In this document: in pieces, positions 8,565 through 19,254 of the stretch
Layout of the letters: each line of letters opens with the position of its first letter
Position numbering within the stretch: the first letter of the stretch is position 1
Assembly: GCA_043800065.1 (NCBI GenBank)
Contig: JAZDNG010000029.1
Coordinates: forward strand, 2,837 to 66,836
Direction of reading: 5' to 3'
DNA length: 64,000 nt
Source: Candidatus Omnitrophota bacterium
Lineage (GTDB): Bacteria > Omnitrophota > Gorgyraeia > JAHIPI01
Made by a program: the position numbers and the translations under genes
The notes under the pieces: generated by a model
Database searches by the model: none
Told to the model about the DNA's origin: nothing
Seen by the model: only the letters and a program-made list of their open reading frames with translations

Positions 8565-10591
8565 CGAAAGCGGTTATAATAACAGAGGGCGGCAAAAAAA
8601 TAGGACTCGGGCATCTTGCGAGGTGTATCTCTCTTTATCGAGCATTTGAAAAGAAGAAAATTAGCCCGGTGCTTATCATAAACGGCGATAAAACCGCTGA
8701 GGATGTTTTGGCGGGCTACGATTGTCGTATTTTTAACTGGCTCAAGCACAAACAACGGCTATTTGATATTGCGAAAGATTCGGATATAGCGGTTATCGAT
8801 TCTTATATTGCGGGAGCCGGTATATACAAAAGAGTATCTAATTTCGCAAAAGCCGCTGTGTATCTTGACGATAATATGCGGATGAAGTACCCGCGAGGTA
8901 TTGTGGTAAACGGATCTATCTCTGCCGAGCTTATGAAATATCAGAAATCCAACGGTGTGGAATATTTATTAGGCAGCCGTTATATTTTGCTGAGAAAAGA
9001 ATTTTGGGCTGTGCCTGCAAAACGAATAAACGGTAAAATCAAAAGCATCATGGTCACCTTCGGCGGCGCGGACGGCAGGAACATGACTCCTAAAGTAATA
9101 GATTTCCTGAATACCCGCTATCCCAGCGCGGAAAAAAATGTAATAGTAGGCGCCGGCTTTAAAAATAGCAGAGAAATAGAACGGCTTAAAGATAAAAAGG
9201 TCAATTTGATATACAGTCCGGATACCAAAAAAATGCGCGCGGCCATGCTTAAGTCCAATATAGCTATTTCAGCAGCCGGACAGACATTGTGTGAATTGGC
9301 GAGAATAGGCGTGCCCACTATCGCGGTCTGTGCGGCAGATAATCAGTTTCGCGGCGTAAAGGGCTGGCAGAAAAGCGGCTTTATAAGATATGCTGGAAAA
9401 CATAGCAACAAAGGTCTTTTTAATAAACTGTCATCAGCAATAACAGAATTAGAGCCTTCTCAAAAGCGGCGCAAAGTAAGCGCGATAGGTCGGAGTTTAG
9501 TGGACGGCAAAGGAGCCCAGAGAGTCACCAAGGCAGCTATTGCTGCCGCAAAAAAAGTAAGAGTGATGCTTACGTGCGTAGGAGGCAAGTTCAGCCGCAA
9601 TACGGTAAAGCTGCTGAAAGAGAGCAAAGATCCCGAGATAACGGTTATAGGGGTCGATTCAGGCAGGAGTATCGGATGCATCGATGGCCTGCAAGCGTTT
9701 CATATCGTTCCCCGCGGCTCTGATAAAGTGTATATACCGAAATTATTGGAATTGTGCGGGAAAGAAAGTGTCGATATTGTCATTCCCTGCGCCGATGAAG
9801 AAGTAGCTAAGATAGCCGCTTTTAAATCTCAGTTTGACGGGGCAGGTATTACATGTGCGGTAGATGGCCGGAAAACAGTTGCGCTGACCAATGATAAATT
9901 TGCATTATTTGAGCACCTGTCCAGAAATGGTATAAATATGCCCAGGTACAAATTAATAAAGAGCGCACAAGAGTTGAAGAAAAGCGCAGCATATTTCGGA
10001 TATCCAAAAGAAAAATTTGTGATTAAGCCGAGATGCGGCAGGGGCACGCGCCATACATTTATCATAGGCAATGACGGCGAGTCCATGCCGTTAGAAGAAG
10101 CGCTGAATATATTCGGCGATTTACCGACGAACTTAATGGCCATGGAATACCTTTCGGGCGAGGCGTATGATGTGGATGTCCTGGCGCGTGAAGGTAATCC
10201 ACTTTGCATAGTGCCAAGGCGCCGGACATGGCTAAATAAACTATCGCCCTTTAGTGAAGGGTGCGAGGTCGAAAACAACGAGGATGTAACGGAGTTTGTA
10301 AAGAGAATAACTTTGGTATTAAAGCTTAACTACGCCTATGATTTTGATTGCGGGATTACTGCTAAAGGGAAACCCGCGTTATACGAAATAAACCCGCGTT
10401 TTAGCGGGGCGATAGCCGCAAGCGCCGGCGCAGGGATTAATATGCCTGTCATGTTGGTCAGGATGATGCGCGGTCTGGATATACCGAAAATGCGTATTAA
10501 ATTCGGGACTAAAATGATACCGAAACCAAACGGCGGCATGGACTTCGTACGCTTAAAAACAAAGAGGTTTTTAAAAGAGAACAAAAAATGA
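8561..10591 (+). CDS. PseG/SpsG-like UDP-sugar hydrolase fused to a C-terminal ATP-grasp domain
   Basis: N-terminal 'GGKKIGLGHLARC', 'IDSY', 'LRKEF', 'FGGAD', 'ADNQ'; C-terminal 'IPCADEE', 'NDKF', 'IKPR.G.G', 'EYLSG', 'EINPRFSG'. Confidence 0.8.
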   Translation: MTKAVIITEGGKKIGLGHLARCISLYRAFEKKKISPVLIINGDKTAEDVLAGYDCRIFNWLKHKQRLFDIAKDSDIAVIDSYIAGAGIYKRVSNFAKAAVYLDDNMRMKYPRGIVVNGSISAELMKYQKSNGVEYLLGSRYILLRKEFWAVPAKRINGKIKSIMVTFGGADGRNMTPKVIDFLNTRYPSAEKNVIVGAGFKNSREIERLKDKKVNLIYSPDTKKMRAAMLKSNIAISAAGQTLCELARIGVPTIAVCAADNQFRGVKGWQKSGFIRYAGKHSNKGLFNKLSSAITELEPSQKRRKVSAIGRSLVDGKGAQRVTKAAIAAAKKVRVMLTCVGGKFSRNTVKLLKESKDPEITVIGVDSGRSIGCIDGLQAFHIVPRGSDKVYIPKLLELCGKESVDIVIPCADEEVAKIAAFKSQFDGAGITCAVDGRKTVALTNDKFALFEHLSRNGINMPRYKLIKSAQELKKSAAYFGYPKEKFVIKPRCGRGTRHTFIIGNDGESMPLEEALNIFGDLPTNLMAMEYLSGEAYDVDVLAREGNPLCIVPRRRTWLNKLSPFSEGCEVENNEDVTEFVKRITLVLKLNYAYDFDCGITAKGKPALYEINPRFSGAIAASAGAGINMPVMLVRMMRGLDIPKMRIKFGTKMIPKPNGGMDFVRLKTKRFLKENKK

Positions 10592-11976
10592 GGATCGCAC
10601 TTATTCAAACCGTTCAACAGGAAGATACAGGCAGGCCAGAAATAGGCTTAGGGATACCCTATTTGAAATCCTACCTTTTGAAACACGAGCCGGACGTTGA
10701 AGTGGATTTATTCGTAAACGACGATAGGTTTAAAACTTTTGACCCCACTCATTATAACTTGGTAGGGATATCAAGCGTTTCCTTCTGTTTTGACGAAGCG
10801 AAGGAAATAGCGAAAATGGTAAAAGAAAAAAACGATATTCCTGTTCTTTTGGGCGGCTCCCATATATCAAATCTTCCCCAAAGCATCGAATATAAGTATT
10901 TTGATATAGGTGTTATCGGAGAGGGCGAGCAGACCTTTCTTGAATTAGTTCAAGCGCATAAAAAATACAACAGATTCACGCCAAACATACTTGAAAGCAT
11001 AAAAGGCATTTGTTTTGTTAATGACGAAAAATATTGCTTTACAGGTCATAGAGATTACATATTTCCACTTGATAATATACCTAATTTCAACAAGGACTTT
11101 TTAAGAATTACCGGTGCTTTGCCTTATGTGGTGTCAACGAGAGGCTGCCCCTTCAATTGTAAATATTGCAGTAGTCAAACGATGTGGAAAAGGAAATTAA
11201 GATTTCACTCTGCTGATTACGTTTTAAAGGACATATTGGAAATACAAGAGCTATTCCCCGAAGAGCGTAGGATTATTTTTAAAGATGATAATTTCACCGC
11301 CAATAAAAATATGCTTTTAGGACTTATCGAAAATTTAGACAAGATAGAGAAGAGAAGGGCAAAGTTTATCGGCTCTACCCATATAAAGTTTATAAACGAG
11401 GAGATGCTAAGGATATTCAAGATACTAAACGTTATAAAAATCAATTTTGGCATAGAAACAGCCTCAAACCGGCTCTTAAGGATAATCAGAAAAGGCATGA
11501 CAAAAGAAGATGCACAAGCAACTTTGGATTTGTGCTATAAAAACGGGATAACAACGGGATCGTCGTTTTTAATAGGTTTACCCGAAGAAACTGAAGATGA
11601 TTTAAAAGAGACTTACGAGTTTACTTTGGACAATATGAAAAGAAATAAGCTGTTTACCACCGGCACGAACCTGCTCACGCCCTTGCCCGGCTTAAAAAGC
11701 GAATATTGGGATACGGCTGTGAATAAATACGATATAGACATACATACTTTTGAGTGGAAGAGGTTGGATCTTAGAAGTTTTCACGCTTATTATCTGCAGC
11801 GTAACGGCGGAACCATAAAAGACTGGTGGGCGTGGCGAAAGATGAAAAAGGCATTATACATCGGCGGTCTTCCAGAGGACAAGTTTTTGAAAGTCATAGA
11901 ACCTTACGAAATTGAACTTATAAGGTATAACAAGGCAAATAGTAAGAGAGAAGGCGCTTGTGCAAATAAAAGTTAA
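10588..11976 (+). CDS. B12-binding domain radical SAM protein
   Basis: 'LGIPYL', 'LGGSH', 'GEGE', 'RGCPFNCKYC', 'DDNF', 'FGIET'. Confidence 0.88.
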   Translation: MRIALIQTVQQEDTGRPEIGLGIPYLKSYLLKHEPDVEVDLFVNDDRFKTFDPTHYNLVGISSVSFCFDEAKEIAKMVKEKNDIPVLLGGSHISNLPQSIEYKYFDIGVIGEGEQTFLELVQAHKKYNRFTPNILESIKGICFVNDEKYCFTGHRDYIFPLDNIPNFNKDFLRITGALPYVVSTRGCPFNCKYCSSQTMWKRKLRFHSADYVLKDILEIQELFPEERRIIFKDDNFTANKNMLLGLIENLDKIEKRRAKFIGSTHIKFINEEMLRIFKILNVIKINFGIETASNRLLRIIRKGMTKEDAQATLDLCYKNGITTGSSFLIGLPEETEDDLKETYEFTLDNMKRNKLFTTGTNLLTPLPGLKSEYWDTAVNKYDIDIHTFEWKRLDLRSFHAYYLQRNGGTIKDWWAWRKMKKALYIGGLPEDKFLKVIEPYEIELIRYNKANSKREGACANKS

Positions 11977-12994
11977 AAATAAAAGAATAGGCGATAACGC
12001 GCCTGTTTTCATAATAGCGGAAATCGGGACAAATCATAACGGCGATTCGAAGCTTGCCGCGAAGCTGATCAAGGAAGCGGCGAAGGCAAGGGTAGATGCC
12101 GTTAAATTTCAGATTGTAAACCCCGAAGAAAGTTACCAGAGAGGAAGCCTTTCCTATAAAGTATTTAAGAAGGCCCGCCTTGACTTCTCTGTTTTAAGAA
12201 CGCTTAAAAAAGAAGCAGAAAGACGGGGTTTAATATTTTTCGCGACACCGGGCGATGTGTCAAGTTTAAAAGAATTGATCAAACTGGGCGTGCCTCTTAT
12301 TAAAATATCCTCTGGCTGCATGACGAATATTGTCCTACTCAGAAAGGCGGCAAAGACGCGACTCCCCATAATAATGTCAACGGGGATGGCATATATGGAT
12401 GAAGTAAAAAACGCGGTTTTGGAATTAGAAAGAAACGGAGCGAGAGACATGGTGCTTTTGCACTGCGTGTCAAGTTATCCGGCAAAGTATGCGGACATCA
12501 ATCTTAACTCTTTGAGGACCCTTAATAATAACTTTAAATATCCTGTAGGCTATTCTGATCACACTGACGATAACCTGGCGTCATTGGCAGCTGTTTCGAT
12601 GGGCGCGGCAGCTATAGAAAAGCATTTTACCTTAAGTAGGAAACTTAAAGGCCCGGAGCACTATTTTTCCTTGGAGCCGGCGGAATTCAGGCGATTGGCA
12701 AAAGATATACGGAATGTGGAAAAGATGCTGGGTAGTTCAGAAAAAAAACCTAGCGAAAAAGAATTAAAGGCGCGAAACACTTTTCGGAGATATCTTGTCT
12801 TTATGCGCGACTTGGGCAGAGGCAGCGTTATACGGGACGAAGACATAGGCGTGAAACGGCTTAATAAGAAAATCGGTTTATCTCCTCAAAAATATGACGA
12901 TATTATAGGAAGCAAGACTTTGGCAGACGTCTCAAAAGATGATCCGGTATCACTAAGGCTGCTTAATGGCAAAAAGAGCGGGGGGATACGGTGA
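11960..12994 (+). CDS. N-acylneuraminate/pseudaminic acid synthase (NeuB/PseI family)
   Basis: 'IAEIGTNHNG', 'DAVKFQ', 'STGMA', 'LHCVSSYP', 'GYSDHT', 'IEKHFT', C-terminal SAF-like domain. Confidence 0.9.
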   Translation: MQIKVKNKRIGDNAPVFIIAEIGTNHNGDSKLAAKLIKEAAKARVDAVKFQIVNPEESYQRGSLSYKVFKKARLDFSVLRTLKKEAERRGLIFFATPGDVSSLKELIKLGVPLIKISSGCMTNIVLLRKAAKTRLPIIMSTGMAYMDEVKNAVLELERNGARDMVLLHCVSSYPAKYADINLNSLRTLNNNFKYPVGYSDHTDDNLASLAAVSMGAAAIEKHFTLSRKLKGPEHYFSLEPAEFRRLAKDIRNVEKMLGSSEKKPSEKELKARNTFRRYLVFMRDLGRGSVIRDEDIGVKRLNKKIGLSPQKYDDIIGSKTLADVSKDDPVSLRLLNGKKSGGIR

Positions 12995-14352
12995 AAAAGG
13001 GAAACATAGTTTTGTTCTTCCCATCATATGTCGGCATGGGCACATATCATTGGTTTCCCTTTCCTTATCTATATATCGGCCCGTTTTTGGAAAAAGCCGG
13101 ATTTAAATCTGTAATTATCGACGCGAGAATCGAGCCGCAATGGAAAGAACTTTTAAGAAAATCTCTGAACGGTTCATTATGCGTGGGAATAACGGCGATG
13201 ACCGGCTCCGATATCAAGGATGCAATTGAAGCGGCTACTATATGTAAGAAGGCCGATCCAATGATGCCGGTTATTTGGGGAGGTCCGCACGCAACCGCCG
13301 ACCCGGAAGGGACCGCGAGACTAGATTACGTGGATGCCGCTGTGTGCGGCCAGGGCGAAGATGCAATGACTAAAATTGCGGAAAGGGTCTATGAGGGCAA
13401 GGATTTTTCTGGCATCCCCGGCGTGGTATACAAGAAAGGCGAATCGATTTTGAAAAATACTAAAAGCGAAGTTCCTTTTGACTACGACATCTATCCCGGA
13501 TTTCATTTGGTAGATGTAGAGAAATACCGTTCTCCGAATAACATCATATCCGTATTTACTTCCAGGGGGTGTCCATTCAGATGTTCATTCTGCACAACAG
13601 GCGATAAGGATTATTCTGAGAGGACGCTTGAACAGGTAAAGAATGAAATCTCGTTCGTGGTAGATAAGCTCAAATTCAAAAATATATTTTTTCAAGACGG
13701 CACATTCTTTGTAAAAAAGAAGAGGGTGATGAAAATAGCCGAATGGCTGGTTTCATCCGATATTAATATTAAATGGAAGGGCAAAGCAAGGACGAATTCT
13801 CTTCTTGACTATTCTGCGGAAGAACTTGCGTTGCTGAAGAAATCCGGCCTTGTATCCGTATTTTTCGGAGTAGAATCCGGCTCTCAGTCAATTTTAGACA
13901 GGATGCAGAAGGGCACGAAACCCGAAGATGCCGAAAAAAGCGCCGCGATATGCCGTGACTATGGCATGGAATTCTACGCCTCATTCATGTTCGCCGTTCC
14001 GCACGAGACTACTAAGGACCTGCAAAATACTATCGCGCACATACGTAAATTAAAAAAAATTAATCCCAAGGCGATAATCCAGAACTGCATATACATCCCG
14101 CTGCCAGATACTCCTATGTATGAAGATGCGCGCAGATGCGGATATAAACCGCCTGAAACGCTGGAGGGATGGATTGAAAGGAATATATCTTCGCGGTTTG
14201 AAGAACGTCACGATATTACCTGGATTCCTCCGAAGACACTGAAAGAGTATATAAAAATATATAACAGGGAATTCGGCGTGTATAAACATCTTTTTGAGCG
14301 CGAGAAAGAAGGGGCATACACGTCTGTTTTTAAAGAAAAGACGGAGGGATGA
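12991..14352 (+). CDS. B12-binding domain radical SAM protein
   Basis: 'WGGPHA', 'GQGE', 'SRGCPFRCSFC', 'GVESGS'. Confidence 0.88.
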   Translation: MKKGNIVLFFPSYVGMGTYHWFPFPYLYIGPFLEKAGFKSVIIDARIEPQWKELLRKSLNGSLCVGITAMTGSDIKDAIEAATICKKADPMMPVIWGGPHATADPEGTARLDYVDAAVCGQGEDAMTKIAERVYEGKDFSGIPGVVYKKGESILKNTKSEVPFDYDIYPGFHLVDVEKYRSPNNIISVFTSRGCPFRCSFCTTGDKDYSERTLEQVKNEISFVVDKLKFKNIFFQDGTFFVKKKRVMKIAEWLVSSDINIKWKGKARTNSLLDYSAEELALLKKSGLVSVFFGVESGSQSILDRMQKGTKPEDAEKSAAICRDYGMEFYASFMFAVPHETTKDLQNTIAHIRKLKKINPKAIIQNCIYIPLPDTPMYEDARRCGYKPPETLEGWIERNISSRFEERHDITWIPPKTLKEYIKIYNREFGVYKHLFEREKEGAYTSVFKEKTEG

Positions 14353-15029
14353 ACATGAAAAAGATCTTAGTGGTCGCAGCGCATCCTGATGACGAAGTAT
14401 TAGGCTGCGGCGGAACCGTCGCTCGAATGATAGCGGAGGGCAATGAAGCATATACGCTCATACTGGGGGAAGGCATAACTTCGCGATATCCCAAAAGCTC
14501 AAATAGGATGAAGAAAGATCTGAGGGAGCTTAGAAAGGCAATAGGGAAGGCCAACCGTGTCATAGGCGCAAAGAGTGTCTTTCCGTTAAATTTTCCTGAC
14601 AACAGGTTCGATACCGTTTCGACGCTTGATATAGTCAGGAGCATAGAAGCTATAAAGAATAGAGTCAAGCCGCAAGTTATATTTACGCACCACTGGCGCG
14701 ATTTGAACATAGACCATAGGGTGGCTTTTAACGCCGTTCTCACGGCATGCCGGCCCGTAGAAGAGGAGACCGTAAGCGCGATTTATTCTTTTGAGATACC
14801 GTCTTCAACGGAATGGAATTACCCTTACACCTTTGCGCCGAATCTATTTGTGGATATAACGGCGATGTTGAGTAGGAAAATTTCGGCAATGAAATGCTAT
14901 GCGACCGAACTGAGAAAATTTCCTCATCCACGGTCTCCCAGGGCTGTTGAGGCGCAGGCTGCAAAATGGGGAAGCGTTGTTTCCAGAAATTATGCCGAAG
15001 CGTTTGAAATCGTGAGAATGATAAAATGA
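14349..15029 (+). CDS. PIG-L/LmbE family de-N-acetylase
   Basis: 'AHPDDEVLGCGG', 'DLNIDH', 'HPRS'. Confidence 0.9.
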   Translation: MNMKKILVVAAHPDDEVLGCGGTVARMIAEGNEAYTLILGEGITSRYPKSSNRMKKDLRELRKAIGKANRVIGAKSVFPLNFPDNRFDTVSTLDIVRSIEAIKNRVKPQVIFTHHWRDLNIDHRVAFNAVLTACRPVEEETVSAIYSFEIPSSTEWNYPYTFAPNLFVDITAMLSRKISAMKCYATELRKFPHPRSPRAVEAQAAKWGSVVSRNYAEAFEIVRMIK

Positions 15030-16006
15030 AATATATAAGCCTATTACGCGCCACGGAAGATGATGGCATACATATATTAAACTGGAGAAATGATCCTACG
15101 GTGCAGAGCAATTTCTTTGACTCCAGGCGTATTTCATTTGAGGAACATATGAGATGGTATAAAGAAAAGCTGCGCGACCCGGATGCAGCTTTATATATAA
15201 GCCGATACGGCAATGACAGGATAGGCGTAATACGCTTCGAAAAGAAAAAGGCCGCCGTGTCTGTAAGCGTCAACGTTGCTCCTCATCTTATCGGAAAGGG
15301 CTTTGGAAGCGAGATCATACGCCTCGGCACTGAGCGCTATTACGCCGAGACAAAACAGAACGTACCTGTCGTAGCCGAGATAAAAATTGAAAACATTTCC
15401 TCTCAAAAAGCGTTCCGGAAGGCCGGATACAACAAGAAGACAAAGGATAAGGCGAAGATTGTTTTTATTAGGAAGCCCGAAGACACGTGTATACGTGATA
15501 AAGAAATCTGTTTCCTGCCTTTGCAACAAAAGCATATAAATAAAATATACCTCGGATGGCTGAATGACCCTGACGTGACCAAGTACCTTGAGACAAAGAA
15601 GTCGACCGAAGAGGAACTCAAAACCTATTATAAGAATATTTTGGGCAACATCAATGTGATGATTTTTGCCATTGAGGTTCGTAAGAGGCATATCGGCAAT
15701 GCAAAACTTGAAGTAAACTGGAAGCACGGGTATGCGAACTTCGGCATCATGATAGGTGATAAAAAGGAGTGGGGCAAGGGGTACGGAGCAAGAGTGGCGC
15801 GCCTTATTGCAGATTATGCCATAAACAGGTTGAACCTTTATTCAGTAATTCTGGGGGTATACGGTAATCATACTGCCGCAATAAGGTCGTACATAAAAGC
15901 CGGCTTTCATATAAAAGGCCGGATGCGTGGTATGTTAGATTTTGAAGGCAAGCGTGTTGATAAGGTATTTATGGGTATTTCGCGGAAAGAGTTGGAGGTG
16001 CGGTAA
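15026..16006 (+). CDS. Tandem GNAT N-acetyltransferase (PseH-like plus RimJ/RimL-like domains)
   Basis: Domain 1 'NWRND...EEH..W', 'GKGFG', 'NISS...F..AG'; domain 2 'WLNDP', 'HIGN', 'WGKGYG', 'AAI..Y.KAGF'. Confidence 0.8.
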   Translation: MKYISLLRATEDDGIHILNWRNDPTVQSNFFDSRRISFEEHMRWYKEKLRDPDAALYISRYGNDRIGVIRFEKKKAAVSVSVNVAPHLIGKGFGSEIIRLGTERYYAETKQNVPVVAEIKIENISSQKAFRKAGYNKKTKDKAKIVFIRKPEDTCIRDKEICFLPLQQKHINKIYLGWLNDPDVTKYLETKKSTEEELKTYYKNILGNINVMIFAIEVRKRHIGNAKLEVNWKHGYANFGIMIGDKKEWGKGYGARVARLIADYAINRLNLYSVILGVYGNHTAAIRSYIKAGFHIKGRMRGMLDFEGKRVDKVFMGISRKELEVR

Positions 16007-17614
16007 ATGGCAGGTACGCAATTTCCGGTTGACATATACGCCGTAAAAGAATACGGCGTCAAAAAATGGCAGGGCGAGTTCTTCTGGCCGGTATCGGATG
16101 ACGAGTTTGTAAAACTTGGTACGGAGATCGACCGTTATCTGAAAGACGAGATCAATAGGCAATCTGGCGAAATGAGTGATCTGCTGTTAATCTATAGTTC
16201 GTTGCGTGCGGAATACCTGTTGTTTTTCCATGCGCTGAAAGTCGCCCAAAGAGTAAAGGCGGCGGGCAAGGAGTTAATGTATTCGGATAAGACTTTATGG
16301 TATAAAGAAATTGCATCCGGCGAGCGCATGGAAATTCCGAAGCTCAGAAGAGGCAAGGCAAAATATACGTTTATTAACAGGATAAAAGTAGAGGCAGCCA
16401 GGATTATTTGGCGTATTCTATATAACGATAGGCTAAGCAAGGTTTTCAACCCGAAGGAGAATAAAGAAATTGTTTACATATTCAACTCTTTGACTCCGCT
16501 TATGAAGCTTTATATGAAAAATTCACCCTATACGTTTAACATGACTTCAGAGCGAGACTGGGCAGAGGATAGTTCTTTTGTCAGCATACCCGACAATCTG
16601 CTCAATTCTATAGAGGATACCTCACGAGCCATCTCGGCCAACTTGGCGTCAACTGCGGATAGGAATGGGATAGAACTTTCGGATAATCATAAGGGCTATC
16701 TCACTAAGCTTACCGAAAGCATGCTCACAGACGCGGCAAGGATAATGTATTCAATAAAACCCAAAATAGAGGACAGACGTAATGCGCGGTTTTTTTTGTC
16801 AACGTTCGTCAGTTATTTTCCGAGGGCGCTTGCCGTTCTTGCCCGGAAGAATGGCGGCCATGTAACTACCTTCAGTCACGGCGGTAGCATAGGCCTTTAC
16901 GATGCATCCACAATGGCTTTTCAGGAATTCGCGGTTTCAGACGAATATGTCACCTATAACAAGAAGAGCACAGAGCTTTTTGAACGTATTAAGAATAATA
17001 ACCCCGCTCTCCGGAATAACGATACGCTCATAACATCGTGCGATGACAATGCATATGAAAATATGTGGCTGATAAACCGCAATAAGCCACTGCCGAAAGA
17101 AATAAAGAAAGTCATGATTATAGGATATCCCCATAACCAAGGGAGGAAGTACCATGCGCCCGGTTCAGTGTCCCTCATCCAGCTCGATCTTGAATTACGC
17201 CTGGCCGATTTTTTAAGAGGGCATGGATATGATGTATTCTATAAGGCGCATCCTGACAGAATTGCCGAAGTAAAGGGAGTCTTTGACGACAGCGCCAAAG
17301 TACTGGAAGGGTATTTTCAGAATTACATCGATAGCGTCGATGCATTTATATTCGGCAGCATAAGGACAACGGCATTTTTAGTAGCGCTGTGCACGAATAA
17401 GCCGGTAATCGGATTTATGATGGAGAACGAAAGATTTAAACCCTTTCCTGAGGCGCTAGAAAGTCTTAAAAAAAGATGTAACATGGTAAAGGCAAAATTT
17501 GACGAGCATAACCGTATCGTTTTCAACGAAAAAAAACTTTCTGATGCTTTAGCCCAAAAACCGACTCAACCAAATACCGAATTTATTGAGAAGTATATAT
17601 TTCCGGAAAAATAA
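16007..17614 (+). CDS. Hypothetical protein, possible GT-B-type ulosonate transferase
   Basis: Long in-operon ORF with 'SHGG' and C-terminal 'YKAHP...TTAF..AL..NKP'. Confidence 0.5.
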   Translation: MAGTQFPVDIYAVKEYGVKKWQGEFFWPVSDDEFVKLGTEIDRYLKDEINRQSGEMSDLLLIYSSLRAEYLLFFHALKVAQRVKAAGKELMYSDKTLWYKEIASGERMEIPKLRRGKAKYTFINRIKVEAARIIWRILYNDRLSKVFNPKENKEIVYIFNSLTPLMKLYMKNSPYTFNMTSERDWAEDSSFVSIPDNLLNSIEDTSRAISANLASTADRNGIELSDNHKGYLTKLTESMLTDAARIMYSIKPKIEDRRNARFFLSTFVSYFPRALAVLARKNGGHVTTFSHGGSIGLYDASTMAFQEFAVSDEYVTYNKKSTELFERIKNNNPALRNNDTLITSCDDNAYENMWLINRNKPLPKEIKKVMIIGYPHNQGRKYHAPGSVSLIQLDLELRLADFLRGHGYDVFYKAHPDRIAEVKGVFDDSAKVLEGYFQNYIDSVDAFIFGSIRTTAFLVALCTNKPVIGFMMENERFKPFPEALESLKKRCNMVKAKFDEHNRIVFNEKKLSDALAQKPTQPNTEFIEKYIFPEK

Positions 17615-17644
17615 AAATTTTTTGAGTTAAAGTAGAGGCAGAAT

Positions 17645-18577
17645 ATGAAAATTTTAATAACGACAAGTTCGTTTGGAAAATACGATAGGATTCCGCTCGA
17701 TAAGCTCCGTTCGGCGGGCCTGGAGATTATTATGAACCCCTTCGGCCATACCTTGTCTAAGGAGGAGGCGCTGGAATTATATACCCCGGACATAGAGGGC
17801 GTCATAGCGGGCGTCGAGAATATCACAGAAGAGATGATTTTAAGGGCGAAGAACCTAAAGGTGATTTCCCGTTGTGGAATCGGGTTAGATAATATTGATG
17901 CTAAAGCGGCAAAACTGCGCAATATAAGAGTGCTTAATACGCCAGAACCCGTAATAGATGCTGTAGCAGAACTGACTCTATGCTTCATTTTGTGCTGTCT
18001 GCGGAATGTACCCGCTGCCGATAACAATATGCACCGCAGCGTTTGGGATAAGCCGACGGGTTTATTGCTAAAAGGCAAGATATTAGGAATTGTCGGATTG
18101 GGAAATATCGGCAAAAGGGTAGTAGAATTGACGGGCGCTTTTAAACCGCAATTCTTGGCTTACGACAAGAAAAAAGACACTGCTTTTGCAAAAAAATATA
18201 ATGTGATTTTTAAGAATTTAGAGACATTGCTTTCGGAATCGGATATAGTGAGCCTGCACCTGCCGCTTACGGAAGAGACAAAGCGCTTATTGAATGCGGG
18301 GAATCTAAGCCTTATGAAGCTAAGCGCTTTTTTGATAAATACGTCCAGGGCGCAAATCATAGATGAAAATGCTCTAATCGGCGCCCTAACGCGGAAACAG
18401 ATAGCCGGTGCGGCGTTGGATGTTTTTGAAAAAGAACCCTATGCCGGCCCGTTGACCGGACTTAGCAATGTCATATTGACGCCGCATATCGGTTCTTACA
18501 CAAAAGAGGCGAGAAGTGAGATGGAGCTTCAGGCAGTCGACAATTTAATAAAGGCATTGTTGGGATATGGGAGATAG
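17645..18577 (+). CDS. D-2-hydroxyacid dehydrogenase (SerA-like)
   Basis: 'SRCGIGLDNID', 'GIVGLGNIG', 'LINTSR', 'LDVFEKEP', 'TPHIG'. Confidence 0.9.
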   Translation: MKILITTSSFGKYDRIPLDKLRSAGLEIIMNPFGHTLSKEEALELYTPDIEGVIAGVENITEEMILRAKNLKVISRCGIGLDNIDAKAAKLRNIRVLNTPEPVIDAVAELTLCFILCCLRNVPAADNNMHRSVWDKPTGLLLKGKILGIVGLGNIGKRVVELTGAFKPQFLAYDKKKDTAFAKKYNVIFKNLETLLSESDIVSLHLPLTEETKRLLNAGNLSLMKLSAFLINTSRAQIIDENALIGALTRKQIAGAALDVFEKEPYAGPLTGLSNVILTPHIGSYTKEARSEMELQAVDNLIKALLGYGR

Positions 18578-19253
18578 TTCTAAAAAGAATCAAGCGAATA
18601 TAGATAAATACAGCGTTTTTTTCTTCGATTTCGACGGTGTAATCGTTGACAGCCTGGATATCAAATCTCAGGCATATGCCGAGCTTTTTGAGGGCTACGG
18701 AAAAGACGTTGTCAGAAAAGTGATGGATTATCACTTAAGCGAGGGGTGGGCATTGTCGCGCTACGATAAATTTAAATATTATTACAAAAACGTCTTACAC
18801 AAGAAAATAACCCCCGCAATAATAAATGAGCTCGACAAACGGTTTTCTGAGTTGGTGGAGCAAAAAGTAACGAAAGCGCCTTTTATCAAAGGCGTAATAG
18901 AGTTTTTAGAGGCGCTTAAAACGCGCGGGAAAGAATGTTTTATAATTTCCGCAACGCCCGAAAAAGAAGTAAAGCGGATAGCGGAATCAAAAAGGATAGA
19001 CAGCTTTTTTAAGGAAATCATCGGCTCTCCAAGGACAAAAAAAGAGAGCATGAGGTATCTGCTTAGGCGATATAAAATAAATCCTGCCGCAGCAGTTTAT
19101 TTTGGCGACACAAAAAGCGATTATGAAGCTGCCCTTGAAAACGCGATAAATTTTGTAGGCATAGACTATGACGGCAACAAGGAGCTCGAAACATTACATG
19201 GTATATTTAAGGTAAAGGATTTTTCACATTACACGATGAGGAGGGATAAATAA
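18567..19253 (+). CDS. HAD-family hydrolase/phosphatase
   Basis: 'FDFDGVIVDS', 'ISATP', 'FGD...D'. Confidence 0.88.
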   Translation: MGDSSKKNQANIDKYSVFFFDFDGVIVDSLDIKSQAYAELFEGYGKDVVRKVMDYHLSEGWALSRYDKFKYYYKNVLHKKITPAIINELDKRFSELVEQKVTKAPFIKGVIEFLEALKTRGKECFIISATPEKEVKRIAESKRIDSFFKEIIGSPRTKKESMRYLLRRYKINPAAAVYFGDTKSDYEAALENAINFVGIDYDGNKELETLHGIFKVKDFSHYTMRRDK

Positions 19254-19254
19254 G

